The notes below the pieces were generated by a model, which saw only the letters and a list, made by a program, of their open reading frames with translations, ran no database searches and was not told where the DNA came from. 64,000 nucleotides of DNA from an uncultured Elusimicrobia bacterium (GTDB taxonomy: Bacteria > Elusimicrobiota > Elusimicrobia > FEN-1173). The position numbers and the translations under genes were made by a program. Positions 17,580-26,885 of the stretch are shown here, one piece after another; within the stretch, counting starts at the first letter, position 1; every line of letters starts with the position of its first letter. Where the stretch lies: NCBI GenBank assembly GCA_964482515.1, contig CAYZXT010000001.1:102403-166402 (forward strand), in the 5' to 3' direction.

Positions 17580-18383
17580 ATGACGGACATTTACCTCTTT
17601 CAGAAATTCATCTTGGGCGTCGTCCAGGGGCTGGCTGAGTTCCTGCCTGTCTCCAGTTCGGCCCACCTTATCCTGATCCCCCGGTTGTTCCATTGGACGG
17701 ATTTCGGACTCGCTTTCGACGTCTCGCTCCATCTGGGGACGCTGGCCGCGGTGATTGTTTATTATTGGAAGGACCTCTGGAAGCTGGCCGTATCGATTAT
17801 TAAGTTTTCCGATCCATCCTTGGCGGGCGACCGCCGGCTGGTGGGATATTTGATTCTGGCCACGATACCCGGCGCCTTGGTGGGCTTGGCGCTGGAGCAC
17901 AAGGTCGAAACCGTTTTCCGGTCGCCTTTCCTGGTCGCCTGGACACTCATGGGGTTGGCCATCGCGCTTTACGCGGCGGACCGGTTCTTGAGCGGCGACA
18001 AGAAATTGTCCGATATCACCTGGCGCACCGCTCTGGTGCTTGGCGTCGCCCAGAGCCTGGCCATCGTCCCGGGAATTTCGCGTTCCGGCATCACCATCAC
18101 CGTGGCGCTGGCGTTGAGTTTCAGCCGGAAGGAGGCCGCGCGTTTTTCCTTTCTGATGTCCGTGCCCATCATCGCGGGTGCGGGTTTGTTGAAGGCGCCG
18201 GAAATTTTCAGGTCCCCGGACCAATTAGGAATCCTGGTCGGTTTCTTGAGCGCCGCCGTGACGGGTTTCCTGGCCATTTGGGTGCTGATCCGCTACGTTC
18301 AGACCCACCGCTACACGCCCTTCGTCCTTTACCGCCTGGCCCTCGGCTTGTTCATCCTGTTCAACCTCAGCAAATTCCACTAA
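17580..18383 (+). CDS. uppP: undecaprenyl-diphosphate phosphatase
   Basis: VVQGLAEFLPVSSSAHL and PGISRSGITI motifs, 8 TM-like segments. ATG 17580 was chosen over the upstream in-frame ATG 17529, which overlaps the GT2 gene. Confidence 0.9.
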   Translation: MTDIYLFQKFILGVVQGLAEFLPVSSSAHLILIPRLFHWTDFGLAFDVSLHLGTLAAVIVYYWKDLWKLAVSIIKFSDPSLAGDRRLVGYLILATIPGALVGLALEHKVETVFRSPFLVAWTLMGLAIALYAADRFLSGDKKLSDITWRTALVLGVAQSLAIVPGISRSGITITVALALSFSRKEAARFSFLMSVPIIAGAGLLKAPEIFRSPDQLGILVGFLSAAVTGFLAIWVLIRYVQTHRYTPFVLYRLALGLFILFNLSKFH

Positions 18384-18593
18384 GCGCCCTTCCACCATAC
18401 ATATCCGGTTAAAACGGCCCTATTTTTGGGGGAGTTTTTATGGCTTTTTGCCGGCGGTGGAAACCCGTTTCTCCGATGGAAAACCGATGAAATCAGCCAT
18501 CTTTGGGGGTAGACTTATGTGTCCTAAGAACGGACACGGACCTTCCGCACTACCGAGCGTCGCGCTCCAGGGATCCGGAAGGCGGAGCCAGCC

Positions 18594-19217
18594 ATGGAGA
18601 CAGGTCGGGAGAGGGGCCTTTCCATCGCAGTCGCAGCCGTCTTGTTCGCCGGGACGATGTCGTCCGGCGTCCGCGCGGAAGAAAGCCTCATGGGGCTTTC
18701 CCCCGAACCTATCGTCATCACGCAGACCGTCCCCTCGTTTCAGCCTGCCCCCTTGACGCAACCTCCCCAAGCCAAAAAAATCCACTACCGTCTATTGGGG
18801 GGAGCCATGCGCTTGACCAAGCCCATGAGGCACGTGGCGGCCGTGGTATTTGATCAACAGTCGCGCATGCTTCCTTCGGGAAAGAAACTGCCGGCCCATC
18901 TGCGGCGGGGGCATGACGACTACCCGTTGCTCTTCGCCTGGATCCCCCGTTCGTGGACGGCGTTCTTTTGGGGGGAGCCCAGCATGATCATCGGGAACCA
19001 GAAGCATTTCCTGGGAGACAGCCCCAAGCCCATCGGCGAGCCCGGAAGTTTTCAGGTTTCGCGGTTCCCGGACCTGCCCATCCCGTTTTCCTGGCTGCCG
19101 CTTTATATCGCCTTCACCACCCCGAACGGATGGCACGTCCGCCTCGGCGCCCGCTGGGACGACGTGGACTCCTACATCCAAGTGCCCACCATCGCCTTCA
19201 AAGACAACGTCAAATAA
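18594..19217 (+). CDS. hypothetical exported protein
   Basis: Signal-like N-terminus (LSIAVAAVLFAGTMSSGVRA/EE). No recognisable family motif. Coding-like composition compared with the overlapping ORFs. Confidence 0.5.
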   Translation: METGRERGLSIAVAAVLFAGTMSSGVRAEESLMGLSPEPIVITQTVPSFQPAPLTQPPQAKKIHYRLLGGAMRLTKPMRHVAAVVFDQQSRMLPSGKKLPAHLRRGHDDYPLLFAWIPRSWTAFFWGEPSMIIGNQKHFLGDSPKPIGEPGSFQVSRFPDLPIPFSWLPLYIAFTTPNGWHVRLGARWDDVDSYIQVPTIAFKDNVK

Positions 19218-19287
19218 TTTTCCCAACTATTAAGCCCTGTCTGAATTTCGCCCGGGGCTAAATTCTCCGTGCCAATCAATAAATTAA

Positions 19288-19385
19288 GAAGCGGATTCGT
19301 TCCTCCGAGGACACCGGACTGTCCCCCGTCGAAGACGGGGGCTGGGGGGAGGGTAGGTGTCCGCAGGAGGGGACGAATCCGCTTC
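19288..19385. repeat. long imperfect inverted repeat (about 98 nt compound hairpin) between convergent genes
   Basis: GAAGCGGATTCGT...ACGAATCCGCTTC outer arms, GGACACC/GGTGTCC middle arms, and an inner CCCCCGTC-gaa-GACGGGGG hairpin. Confidence 0.5.
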
Positions 19386-19387
19386 GC

Positions 19388-19428
19388 AAAAAAGAAAACG
19401 GCGCCCATCCCCGAGCGCCGTTTTCAAA
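19388..19428 (-). terminator. Rho-independent terminator for the nifJ/DHOD-like operon (potentially bidirectional)
   Basis: AAAACGGCGC-(10 nt loop)-GCGCCGTTTT. On the - strand the stem is followed by TTTTCTTTTTTGCG. It lies about 25 nt downstream of the stop at 19452. Confidence 0.6.
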
Positions 19429-19451
19429 TTCTATAAGGAACTAAGTTCGTT

Positions 19452-20450
19452 CTATGGGTGCGTCGTGAAGGTCGTCAACGCTTTCATGTACTGGGCCCGC
19501 TCGAAGGCCGCGGGGTTTTCCGAGTTGCGGTGGCTCATGCTGCCGCGCATCTGGGTAACGGACTCGTATTCGTTGTCCTCCATCCAGATTTTAAGTTCGT
19601 TCAAAACGTGCGACAGGTGCGTGATGCCGTACTTGAACAGGGCCGAACACATCATGGTGGCGCTGGCGCCGGCCATGAGCATCTTCAGGACGTCCGGGGC
19701 CTGGTGCACGCCGCTGGTGGCCGCCATGTCGGCCTTGATCTGGCCGTAGAGGATCGCGATCCAACGGAGGGGGAGCCTCGCCGCCTGGGGCGTGCTCAGC
19801 AGGACATTCGGTACCACTTCCAGGTTGTCCAGATCGATGTCCGGTTGATAGAACCGGTTGAAGAGGACCAGCCCGTTGGCGCCGGCCTGGTCCAGTTTTT
19901 TCGCCATGTTGGCCATGGCGCTGTAGTAGGGGCTGAGCTTCACGGCCACCGGGATGGACACGCTGGCCTTGACCGACTTCAAAATGTCCAGGGTCCGCTG
20001 TTCGACGGTCGTGCCGTCGACGGAGGGATCCGTGGGGAGGAAATAGATGTTCAGTTCCAGCGCGTCGGCGCCGGCTTCCTGGATGTGCTTGGCGTATTCG
20101 GTCCAGCCGCCGTTGGAATGGCAGTTCAGGCTTCCGATGATGGGGATCTTCACGGCTTCCTTGGCGCGGCGGATGTTCTCCAGGTATTCCTCCGGTCCCA
20201 GGGCGTAGTTGTCCAGGTCGGGGAAATAGGTGAGGGCCTCGGCGAAGCTCTCGGTGCCGAAGCTCAGGTGGTGCTGCAGCTCGCGCTTCTCGTTGGTGAG
20301 CTGTTCTTCGTAGAGGGAATGTTTCACCACCGCGGCCGCGCCCGCGTCCTCCAGCCGCCTGAGGTTCGTGACGCTTTCCGTGATGGGGGACGCCGAGACG
20401 ACCAGCGGGTTCTTGAGCTTGAGGCCAAGGTAGTTGGTGGAGAGATCCAT
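19452..20450 (-). CDS. dihydroorotate dehydrogenase-like (class 1 DHOD fold) protein
   Basis: N-terminus MDLSTNYLGLKLKNPLVVSASP, a TIM-barrel DHOD-like pattern with GADALELN and VAVKLSP, plus a C-terminal extension. The start overlaps the nifJ stop by 1 nt (TAATG). Confidence 0.8.
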   Translation of the reverse strand: MDLSTNYLGLKLKNPLVVSASPITESVTNLRRLEDAGAAAVVKHSLYEEQLTNEKRELQHHLSFGTESFAEALTYFPDLDNYALGPEEYLENIRRAKEAVKIPIIGSLNCHSNGGWTEYAKHIQEAGADALELNIYFLPTDPSVDGTTVEQRTLDILKSVKASVSIPVAVKLSPYYSAMANMAKKLDQAGANGLVLFNRFYQPDIDLDNLEVVPNVLLSTPQAARLPLRWIAILYGQIKADMAATSGVHQAPDVLKMLMAGASATMMCSALFKYGITHLSHVLNELKIWMEDNEYESVTQMRGSMSHRNSENPAAFERAQYMKALTTFTTHP

Positions 20451-23400
20451 TAGGCTTTTTCTCCTTTGGTGTCGCTGTCGGTGGCCTTCGGTTCGGGCGC
20501 GCGGGTCGCCATATACTGATAGAGCTTCCAGCGTTCCTGCGCGTCCAGTTGGGCGCTGTCCATGAGGAGCTTGGCTTGGTCCGGATGGCTCTTCGTCAAC
20601 ATTTTATAACGGTTTTCGCGATACGCATAATCCTTTATGGAGATGGACGGCGCCTGGGAATCCAGCTGGAACGGGTTCTTGTTCTGCAGGACGAGGTCCG
20701 GGTTGTAGCGGAACAGCGGCCAATGGCCGGATTGCACCGCGGCCTTTTGCTGCTGCATGCCGGCCGTCATGTTGATGCCGTGGGCGATGCAGTGGCTGTA
20801 GGCGATGATGAGCGACGGGCCCTGGTAGGCTTCCGCTTCGAGGAACGCCTTCAGCGTGTGCTCGTCGCGGGCGCCCATGGCGACCTTCGCCACGTAGACG
20901 TTGCCGTAGCTCATGGCGATGAGGCCCAGGTCCTTTTTCGCGATGGGTTTTCCGGCGGCCGCGAACTTCGCCACTGCGGCGCGCGGCGTGGACTTCGAAT
21001 TCTGTCCGCCGGTGTTGGAGTAGACTTCCGTGTCCAGCACCAGGATGTTGACGTTCTTGCCCGACGCGATCACGTGGTCCAGCCCGCCGAAGCCGATGTC
21101 GTAGGCCCAACCGTCGCCGCCCACGATCCAGACGCTCTTCTTCACCAGCCAGTCCGCCAGGGCCAAAAGCTGTTTGGCTTCCGGCGAACTCTGGGATTTC
21201 AACTTCTCCTTCAATAAGGTCACGCGTTCCCGCTGTTCGTAGATGTCCGCTTCGTCCTTCTGCGGCGACTCGATCAACGCCTTCACCAGTTCCGTCCCGA
21301 TGACGGATTCCATTTTCTTCAGCATCTCGCCCGCGAACTCCATCTGTTTGTCGATCGAGATGCGGAATCCGAGGCCGAACTCGGCGTTGTCCTCGAAGAG
21401 GGAGTTCGCCCAGGCGGGGCCGCGGCCGTCCTTGTTCACGCTCCAGGGCGTGGTGGGGAGGTTGCCGCCGTAGATGGAGGAGCAGCCCGTGGCGTTGGCG
21501 ATGATGGAACGGTCGCCGAAGAGCTGCGACATGAGTTTCAAATAAGGCGTTTCGCCGCAGCCCGAGCAGGCGCCGGAGAACTCGAAGAGCGGCTCCAGGA
21601 TCTGGGACGAGCGCACCATCTCCCGCTTGATCTTGCGGCGGTCGTATTCCGGGATCTCCAGGAAGAAGTCCCAGTTCTTGCTTTCCGCTTCCCGCAGCGG
21701 CGGCTGGGGGACCATGTTGATGGCCTTCAGCCGCGTTTCGGATTTGTTCTTGGCCGGGCAGACGTCCACGCAGAGCGCGCAGCCCGTGCAATCTTCGGGC
21801 GCGACCTGGATGGTGTATTTCAATCCGGCGAAGTCTCTATCTTTGCAATTGGATGACTTAAAGGTTTCGGGCGCGCCCTTGAGCTTGTCTTCCTCGTAGA
21901 TCTTGACGCGGATGACGGAGTGGGGGCAGACCATGGCGCACTTGCCGCACTGGATGCAGACGCTGGAATCCCAGGCGGGGATTTCCAGGGCGATGTTCCG
22001 CTTCTCCCATTTGGCCGTGGCCATGGGGAAAGTTCCATCCACGGGCATGGCGCTGACCGGCATGGCGTCGCCTTTGCCCGCGATCATGGGGGCCGTCACC
22101 TTTTGGACGAACTCGGGCGCGGCGGCGGGCACCGGGGGGCGCATTTCGATCTTGCCGTCGGCCTTGGCCGGCACTTTCACTTCGTGCAGGTGGGCGAGGG
22201 CCTTGTCCACGGCGCCGTAGTTCATGGCGAGGACGTCGTCGCCCTTGGAGCCGTAGGATTTCTTGATGGAATATTTGATGGCTTCGATGGCCTGGTCCTT
22301 GGGCAGGACGCCGGCGATCGCGAAGAAGCAGGTCTGCATGATGGTGTTGATGCGTCCGCCCATGCCCGCGTCCTTGGCCACGGAGTAGGCGTCGATGACG
22401 AAGAACTTCAGTTTCTTCTTGATGATCTGGTCCTGATGGACGCGCGGCAGCTGGCTCCAGACTTCATCCGGCCCGTAGGTGCTGTTGAGCAGGAACGTCC
22501 CGCCTTCCACCGCCTGTTCCAGCAGGTCGAATTTTTCCAGGAAGTTGAATTGGTGGCAGGCGATGAAGTTGGCGCGCTCGACCAGATAGGGGGCGCGGAT
22601 CACGCCCGGCCCGAAGCGCAGGTGTGACGTCGTGGTCGAGCCCGACTTCTTGGAATCGTAGACGAAATATCCCTGGGCGTACTGCGGCGTGTTCTCGCCG
22701 ATGATCTTGATGGAATTCTTATTGGCGCTGACGGTGCCGTCGGCCCCGAGGCCGTAGAAGATGGCGCGCACGCGGTCCGCCGGTTCCACGGAGAACGACG
22801 GATCGTATGAGAGGCTGGTGTGGGAGACGTCGTCGTTGATGCCGATGGTGAAATGGTTCTTGGGTTTGGCTTTGGCCGCGTCGTCGAACACGCCCTTGGC
22901 CATGGCGGGAGTGAACTCCTTGGACGACAGGCCGTAGCGTCCGCCGACGATGCGCGGCCGGCTTTTGAAGCCCGCGTCCTCGAAGCCTTCGTTGACCGCG
23001 TTGACCACGTCGAGATAGAGCGGTTCGCCCGCGCTGCCGGACTCCTTGCAGCGGTCCAGGACGGTCAGCGTCTTCACGGTTTTCGGGAGGGACTTCAGGA
23101 AAGTCGCGATGGAGAACGGACGGTAGAGCCGCACGCGCAGCACGCCGACTTTTTCGCCGGCTTTGTTCAGCGCGTCCGCCGTGTCTTCCAGCGTTTCCGC
23201 GCCGGAACCCATGACGACGGCCACGCGGTCCGCGTCCGGGGCGCCGTGGTAATCGAAAAGGTGGTATTGGCGTCCCACTATTTTGGCGAACTTGTCCATG
23301 GTCTTCTGGACGATGTCCGGGCAGGCGTCGTAAAAGGGGTTGCAGGCTTCCCGGGCCTGGAAGAACACGTCCGGGTTCTGGGCGGTGCCGCGCAGCACGG

Positions 23401-24052
23401 GCCGGTCCGGCGTCAGGGCGCGGGAGCGGTGGGCCAGCACCAGTTTTTCATCGATCATGGCGCGGATGTCGTCGTCCGTCAGCGATTCGATCTTGGAGAC
23501 TTCGTGGGAAGTGCGGAAACCGTCGAAAAAGTGGAGGAAGGGGATGCGGGACTCGAGCGAGGCGGCCTGGGAGATCAGGGCGAAGTCCATGGCTTCCTGG
23601 ACGGAGACGGCGGATAGCAGCGCGAAGCCGGTGGAACGGGCGAGCATGACGTCGGAATGGTCGCCGAAAATGGAGAGCGCGTGCGTGGCCAGGGAGCGCG
23701 CCGCGACGTGGAACACGCAGGGCGTCAGTTCGCCCGCGATCTTGAACATGTTGGGGATCATCAGCAGCAACCCTTGGGAAGCGGTGAAAGTGGTGGTGAG
23801 GCACCCGGTCTGGAGCGCGCCGTGGACGGCGCCGGCCACGCCGGCTTCGCTTTGCATCTCCTGGACGACGGGGATGGTCCCCCAGATGTTTTTCTTGTTC
23901 ACCGCGGACCAGGCGTCGGCCCATTCGGCCATATTGGAGGAAGGGGTGATGGGATATATGGCGATGACTTCGTTGGTCTTGTAGGCGACGATGGCGCAGG
24001 CTTCGTTTCCGTCGATAGTGAGCGTGGGGCGCGCAGATTTCACAGTTTCCAA
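20450..24052 (-). CDS. nifJ: pyruvate:ferredoxin (flavodoxin) oxidoreductase, single-polypeptide
   Basis: 1200 aa. Ferredoxin-type motifs CIQCGKCAMVCP and CTGCALCVDVCP. TPP-binding GGDGWAYDIGFGGLDH. The N-terminal TIDGNEA...AIYPITPSS is typical of PFOR. Confidence 0.95.
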   Translation of the reverse strand: METVKSARPTLTIDGNEACAIVAYKTNEVIAIYPITPSSNMAEWADAWSAVNKKNIWGTIPVVQEMQSEAGVAGAVHGALQTGCLTTTFTASQGLLLMIPNMFKIAGELTPCVFHVAARSLATHALSIFGDHSDVMLARSTGFALLSAVSVQEAMDFALISQAASLESRIPFLHFFDGFRTSHEVSKIESLTDDDIRAMIDEKLVLAHRSRALTPDRPVLRGTAQNPDVFFQAREACNPFYDACPDIVQKTMDKFAKIVGRQYHLFDYHGAPDADRVAVVMGSGAETLEDTADALNKAGEKVGVLRVRLYRPFSIATFLKSLPKTVKTLTVLDRCKESGSAGEPLYLDVVNAVNEGFEDAGFKSRPRIVGGRYGLSSKEFTPAMAKGVFDDAAKAKPKNHFTIGINDDVSHTSLSYDPSFSVEPADRVRAIFYGLGADGTVSANKNSIKIIGENTPQYAQGYFVYDSKKSGSTTTSHLRFGPGVIRAPYLVERANFIACHQFNFLEKFDLLEQAVEGGTFLLNSTYGPDEVWSQLPRVHQDQIIKKKLKFFVIDAYSVAKDAGMGGRINTIMQTCFFAIAGVLPKDQAIEAIKYSIKKSYGSKGDDVLAMNYGAVDKALAHLHEVKVPAKADGKIEMRPPVPAAAPEFVQKVTAPMIAGKGDAMPVSAMPVDGTFPMATAKWEKRNIALEIPAWDSSVCIQCGKCAMVCPHSVIRVKIYEEDKLKGAPETFKSSNCKDRDFAGLKYTIQVAPEDCTGCALCVDVCPAKNKSETRLKAINMVPQPPLREAESKNWDFFLEIPEYDRRKIKREMVRSSQILEPLFEFSGACSGCGETPYLKLMSQLFGDRSIIANATGCSSIYGGNLPTTPWSVNKDGRGPAWANSLFEDNAEFGLGFRISIDKQMEFAGEMLKKMESVIGTELVKALIESPQKDEADIYEQRERVTLLKEKLKSQSSPEAKQLLALADWLVKKSVWIVGGDGWAYDIGFGGLDHVIASGKNVNILVLDTEVYSNTGGQNSKSTPRAAVAKFAAAGKPIAKKDLGLIAMSYGNVYVAKVAMGARDEHTLKAFLEAEAYQGPSLIIAYSHCIAHGINMTAGMQQQKAAVQSGHWPLFRYNPDLVLQNKNPFQLDSQAPSISIKDYAYRENRYKMLTKSHPDQAKLLMDSAQLDAQERWKLYQYMATRAPEPKATDSDTKGEKA

Positions 24053-24285
24053 AGTTTCCTCCGTTCGTTCTATGGGAAAAAGGCGGGTTATTCGATATTG
24101 ATATCATAATTTTGGCAGAGCCGGGAGGCGTTGACCATGATGCGCGTCATAATTATGGATTTCATCCGCCGCATATTTATGACCTGTGTCATATTCCCTC
24201 CGGTTTTCGCATAATATACTGACTCCGCGAAGTTTATTTATGGATGCGGCGAGATGCGTGCGCCATAATAAAAGGAGATCACGAA

Positions 24286-24870
24286 ATGAAAACGATGACT
24301 CGAAGCCTTTGCCTCGTCCTGGCGTTCGCTTTGGCGTGTCAGAGCGCCCCATTGAGGGCCGAAGAAACAGGCTCGAACTTGTCCCTGGATGATTTGGGTT
24401 TTTCACAAGCGCAAACCCAAGGCGATGCGAAACTCCAGGAAACTCTCCACCGCCGCTCTAAAATGTTGAAGACCCACCAGATTTTGGGCCTTGCCACGAC
24501 GGTTCCGATGATGGCCGCCCTTTTCACCGGCGAAAAAGCGGGTTACGGAGAACCCAAATCGAAGCGGAATTTCCACGCCGCCATGGGCATGACGGCCGGC
24601 GCCATGTATTTCACCACGGCTTCCTTCGCCCTGTTCGCTCCCGAGGGGCCGCAAGCGGGGAAGAACGCGGGCCTCACGAAAGTCCACCGCGCCCTGGCTT
24701 GGGTCCATTTCCCGGCCATGGTCCTGGCCCCGTTCATGGGCTACCAGGCCAAGAAACAGCTGGACCGGGGTGAAAGCGCCCACGGGTTCGCCAAGCACCA
24801 CGCAACCGTCGCCGGAATTGCGGCGGGATCCTTCGGCGCGGCGATGTTGGTGATGGTCTTTAACTTTTGA
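24286..24870 (+). CDS. hypothetical membrane protein with signal peptide and four His-bearing hydrophobic helices
   Basis: ATG 24286 is preceded by AAAGGAG. Signal MKTMTRSLCLVLAFALACQSAPLRA. The helices contain H residues (KTHQILGLATT, NFHAAMGMTAG, KVHRALAWVHFPAMV, HHATVAGIAAG). Confidence 0.55.
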   Translation: MKTMTRSLCLVLAFALACQSAPLRAEETGSNLSLDDLGFSQAQTQGDAKLQETLHRRSKMLKTHQILGLATTVPMMAALFTGEKAGYGEPKSKRNFHAAMGMTAGAMYFTTASFALFAPEGPQAGKNAGLTKVHRALAWVHFPAMVLAPFMGYQAKKQLDRGESAHGFAKHHATVAGIAAGSFGAAMLVMVFNF

Positions 24871-24878
24871 GGGGCGAT

Positions 24879-25418
24879 ATGCGACTTTTGGTAGGTATAT
24901 CCGTTTTATTGTTGCCGTTGACCGCGCTGGCCGGTCAAAACTCCAAATGGGTTCTGGAGAAATCGGAACTGACGTATAAGGTCTCCCACACCCTCCACAG
25001 CTCGGAGGGAACCAGCCGCCAAACCCGCGGTAAGGGCGTTTGCGATGAGAGCGGGTGCAAGTTCCTGGCCGCGTCGCCGGTGAACGCCTTCGAGTCGGGC
25101 GACACCAACCGCGACCTCCATATGATCGAGACCACGCGCGGCGCCCAGTTTCCCATGGTGACGGTGAACGTGGCGATGCCCGCGGTCCCGGAGGGGACGG
25201 ATTTCGCCGCGGACCTGGATATCCAGTTCGCCGGCGAGAAGGCGCAATACCCGCAGGTGAAGTTCCAAATCGTGGACCGGTCCGGGGAAAGCGTCCATTT
25301 CAAGGGCGTCATCCCCATGAAGGTGACGGATTTCAAGATCCCGGCCCCCTCTCTGCTCGGCATATCCATCAAGAACGACGTGCCTATCACGGTGGATATG
25401 ACGTGGAAGAAAATATAA
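24879..25418 (+). CDS. YceI-like periplasmic polyisoprenoid-binding family protein
   Basis: Signal MRLLVGISVLLLPLTALA. YceI-like pattern: W.LEKSELTYKVSH, ESGDTNRDLHM, FPMVTV. Confidence 0.65.
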   Translation: MRLLVGISVLLLPLTALAGQNSKWVLEKSELTYKVSHTLHSSEGTSRQTRGKGVCDESGCKFLAASPVNAFESGDTNRDLHMIETTRGAQFPMVTVNVAMPAVPEGTDFAADLDIQFAGEKAQYPQVKFQIVDRSGESVHFKGVIPMKVTDFKIPAPSLLGISIKNDVPITVDMTWKKI

Positions 25419-25450
25419 CGTAATCCCCTGAACCGCAAAGGAATGTTCCC

Positions 25451-26881
25451 ATGAGTTTCGATGTCGCCATGCTGTCCCGGCTCCAGTTCGCCCTGACCAT
25501 CATGTTCCATTATCTCTTCCCGCCGATCACGATCGGGCTGGGCGTCCTGCTGGTCGCCATGGAGGGGATGTACCTCAAGACGGGCGACCGGCAATACGCC
25601 GCCATGGCCCGTTTCTGGACGCGGATCTTCGCCGTGAACTTCGCGGTGGGCGTGGCGACCGGCATCGTGATGGAGTTCCAGTTCGGCACCAATTGGGCGA
25701 GCTACTCACGGTTCGTCGGCGACGTCTTCGGTTCGGCCCTGGCCGCGGAAGGGGTCTTTGCCTTCTTCCTGGAATCCGGCTTCCTGGCCGTGGTGGTCTT
25801 CGGGTGGGACAAGGTGTCGCCGCGCATGCACTTTTTCTCCACCATCATGGTCTCCCTCGGGTCGATCTTCTCGGCCATCTGGATCGTGGTGGCGAATTCC
25901 TGGCAGCAGACGCCGGCCGGCTACCATATAGTGGGGGAAGGGTTGGCCCGCCGCGCGGAGATCACGGATTTTTGGGCCATGGTGTTCAACCCGTCCAGCA
26001 TGCACCGGCTGAACCACGTATTGCTCGGCGCCTTCGTCCTCGGCGCTTTTTTCGTCATGAGCATTTCGGCCTACTACATCCTCAAGCACCGGCACGAAGT
26101 CTTCGCCAAGAAATCCTTCATCCTCGCCCTCGGTTTGGCCGTCCTTTCCAACGTGGCGATCCTGGTCTCGGGGCATTTCCAGGCCCGGACCGTGGCGCTG
26201 ACCCAGCCGGCGAAGCTGGCGGCCTTCGAAGGCCATTTCGTCACGGGCGAAGGGGGGACGCCGATGTATTTGTTAGGGATCCCCGACGTCGCCAACGAGC
26301 GGGTCCGCTTCGGCGTGAAGGTCCCCGGTTTGTTGAGCCTCCTTGTCCACGATGATATGTCGACGCCGGTGATCGGCCTCGACCAGTTCACTCCGGAAGA
26401 CAGGCCGCCCGTGGCCGCGTCATTTTACACCTACCGTTTGATGCTCGTGCTCTGGGTCTTCATGATCGGGCTTTCGCTGTTGGGCCTGGCGCTCCTGCCG
26501 GGCGGCGTGCTGTTCCGCAAGCGATGGGTTTTGTGGACCTATGTCTTCGGCGTGGCCGCGCCCTTCATCGCCAACCAATCGGGATGGGTGGCGGCGGAAG
26601 TCGGACGGCAGCCTTGGATCGTCTACGGTTTATTGAGGACGAAGGACGGACTGTCTAAATCCGTTACCGCGGACCAGGTCCTGTTCTCCATCATCATGTT
26701 CGGCCTGATTTATATTTTGCTCTTCGCCGTCTGGCTTTTCGTCCTGAACGACAAGATCCAACACGGCCCGGAAGATCCGGACACCCTGCCGTTGAAACCC
26801 CTATCGGGCGGATGGGTCCAGGCCGCAGCCCAGTTGAAGGGTCACGGCGGGTCGTTGACCGACGTGAAGGACAAGGAATAA
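25451..26881 (+). CDS. cydA: cytochrome bd-type quinol oxidase subunit I
   Basis: Characteristic N-terminus [23 protein letters not shown] and [13 protein letters not shown] near the C-terminus; 476 aa. Confidence 0.95.
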   Translation: MSFDVAMLSRLQFALTIMFHYLFPPITIGLGVLLVAMEGMYLKTGDRQYAAMARFWTRIFAVNFAVGVATGIVMEFQFGTNWASYSRFVGDVFGSALAAEGVFAFFLESGFLAVVVFGWDKVSPRMHFFSTIMVSLGSIFSAIWIVVANSWQQTPAGYHIVGEGLARRAEITDFWAMVFNPSSMHRLNHVLLGAFVLGAFFVMSISAYYILKHRHEVFAKKSFILALGLAVLSNVAILVSGHFQARTVALTQPAKLAAFEGHFVTGEGGTPMYLLGIPDVANERVRFGVKVPGLLSLLVHDDMSTPVIGLDQFTPEDRPPVAASFYTYRLMLVLWVFMIGLSLLGLALLPGGVLFRKRWVLWTYVFGVAAPFIANQSGWVAAEVGRQPWIVYGLLRTKDGLSKSVTADQVLFSIIMFGLIYILLFAVWLFVLNDKIQHGPEDPDTLPLKPLSGGWVQAAAQLKGHGGSLTDVKDKE

Positions 26882-26885
26882 TCCC

